A stretch of DNA of 64,000 nt from Vezdaea acicularis. Its lineage: Eukaryota. The position numbers and the translations under genes are program-made. The notes below the pieces were generated by a model that ran no database searches, had not been told where the DNA came from, and was given only the letters and a program-made list of their open reading frames with translations. The stretch covers positions 1 to 64,000 of the forward strand of contig JAPEUI010000009.1 of NCBI GenBank assembly GCA_026025075.1, given 5' to 3'. Of this stretch, positions 63,361 to 64,000 are shown piece by piece; the stretch's first letter is position 1; every line of letters begins with the position of its first letter.

Positions 63361-64000
63361 GGGGTTGTTGGGTGGGGGAAAGGGGGGGCGGGGCTTTGGT
63401 GCGGGGAGGGGCGGGAGTTTTGGTGGAGTGGTGTGGGGAGATATGGGGGGGGTTCGGGGTATATGCGCCCCTGGTTCTCATGCAGGTCTGCGTGGTTGGG
63501 GTAGTCGTAAGAGTTAGATCGCTGGATAGGTATGGTATAGTGGAGGTATCTCTATTGAGGAAGCGTGAGCGGGAAGAAGGTTTTAGATGGGAAGACGTGA
63601 CAATTCTCTTTGACTAAAATTCTAGTATATATTATGCCAAAACTTAGGGTTCGAGGATGTTGTAGAATGGAGCGGGAGGAGAGCGAAAGTCACGGCTTTC
63701 GAATTGCTTTGAAAGGCCGAGAACGCTGTTTGATGATACAGCCCTGCTCGAGGCAGCTATTTCGAGACATAGCTGCAAAAGGGCAGGACAAATGAGCGGG
63801 GAGGTCGTCAATGCGCATTGCTCGAGTCCCTCCGTCTAGGATGGTTGGAACACCGCCTTACGTCCTCTCTACTTGTGAGAATGCGTAATGTTCAATCATG
63901 ATGCAAGATCTTGTGTTGCCTTGTCGGACTTTATTCCTCCGGGCTGAAACCATAGTTTGGCAACGTCTCCAGCAAATGCAGAGGACATGGTGGGCGGTCG

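Overview
Gene-dense, intron-containing nuclear DNA of a filamentous ascomycete (Pezizomycotina-type GT..CTRAY..AG introns of about 45-130 nt). I manually spliced 23 protein-coding genes, and every multi-exon model closes to a multiple of 3. They are: partial RBM42-like RRM gene, gnd1, LSM12, a TPT/SLC35C2-like transporter, SEC18, LENG1/CIR_N protein, RMT3, an OPT/YSL transporter, RAV1, SFI1, a 60-aa twin-CX9C protein, ILS1, a PAS hybrid histidine kinase, cytochrome b561, allantoicase, an ankyrin-DIL protein, PDK1/Ksg1, three hypothetical proteins, a GPI-anchored protein, MSS116, and a Zn-cluster-like/homeobox/C2H2 transcription factor. I saw no tRNA, rRNA, transposon, CRISPR array or secondary-metabolite cluster. 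Best leads: (1) gnd1 intron 1 has two in-frame 3' splice sites separated by a 51-nt segment that can form two mutually exclusive hairpins, one exposing and one burying the distal AG (candidate RNA splicing switch); (2) a hypothetical protein combines a Cdc26-like N-terminus with ABBA/D-box/KEN-like motifs (candidate APC/C regulator); (3) recurrent sharp C-rich to G-rich skew switches. Family calls come from motif recognition, not database searches.
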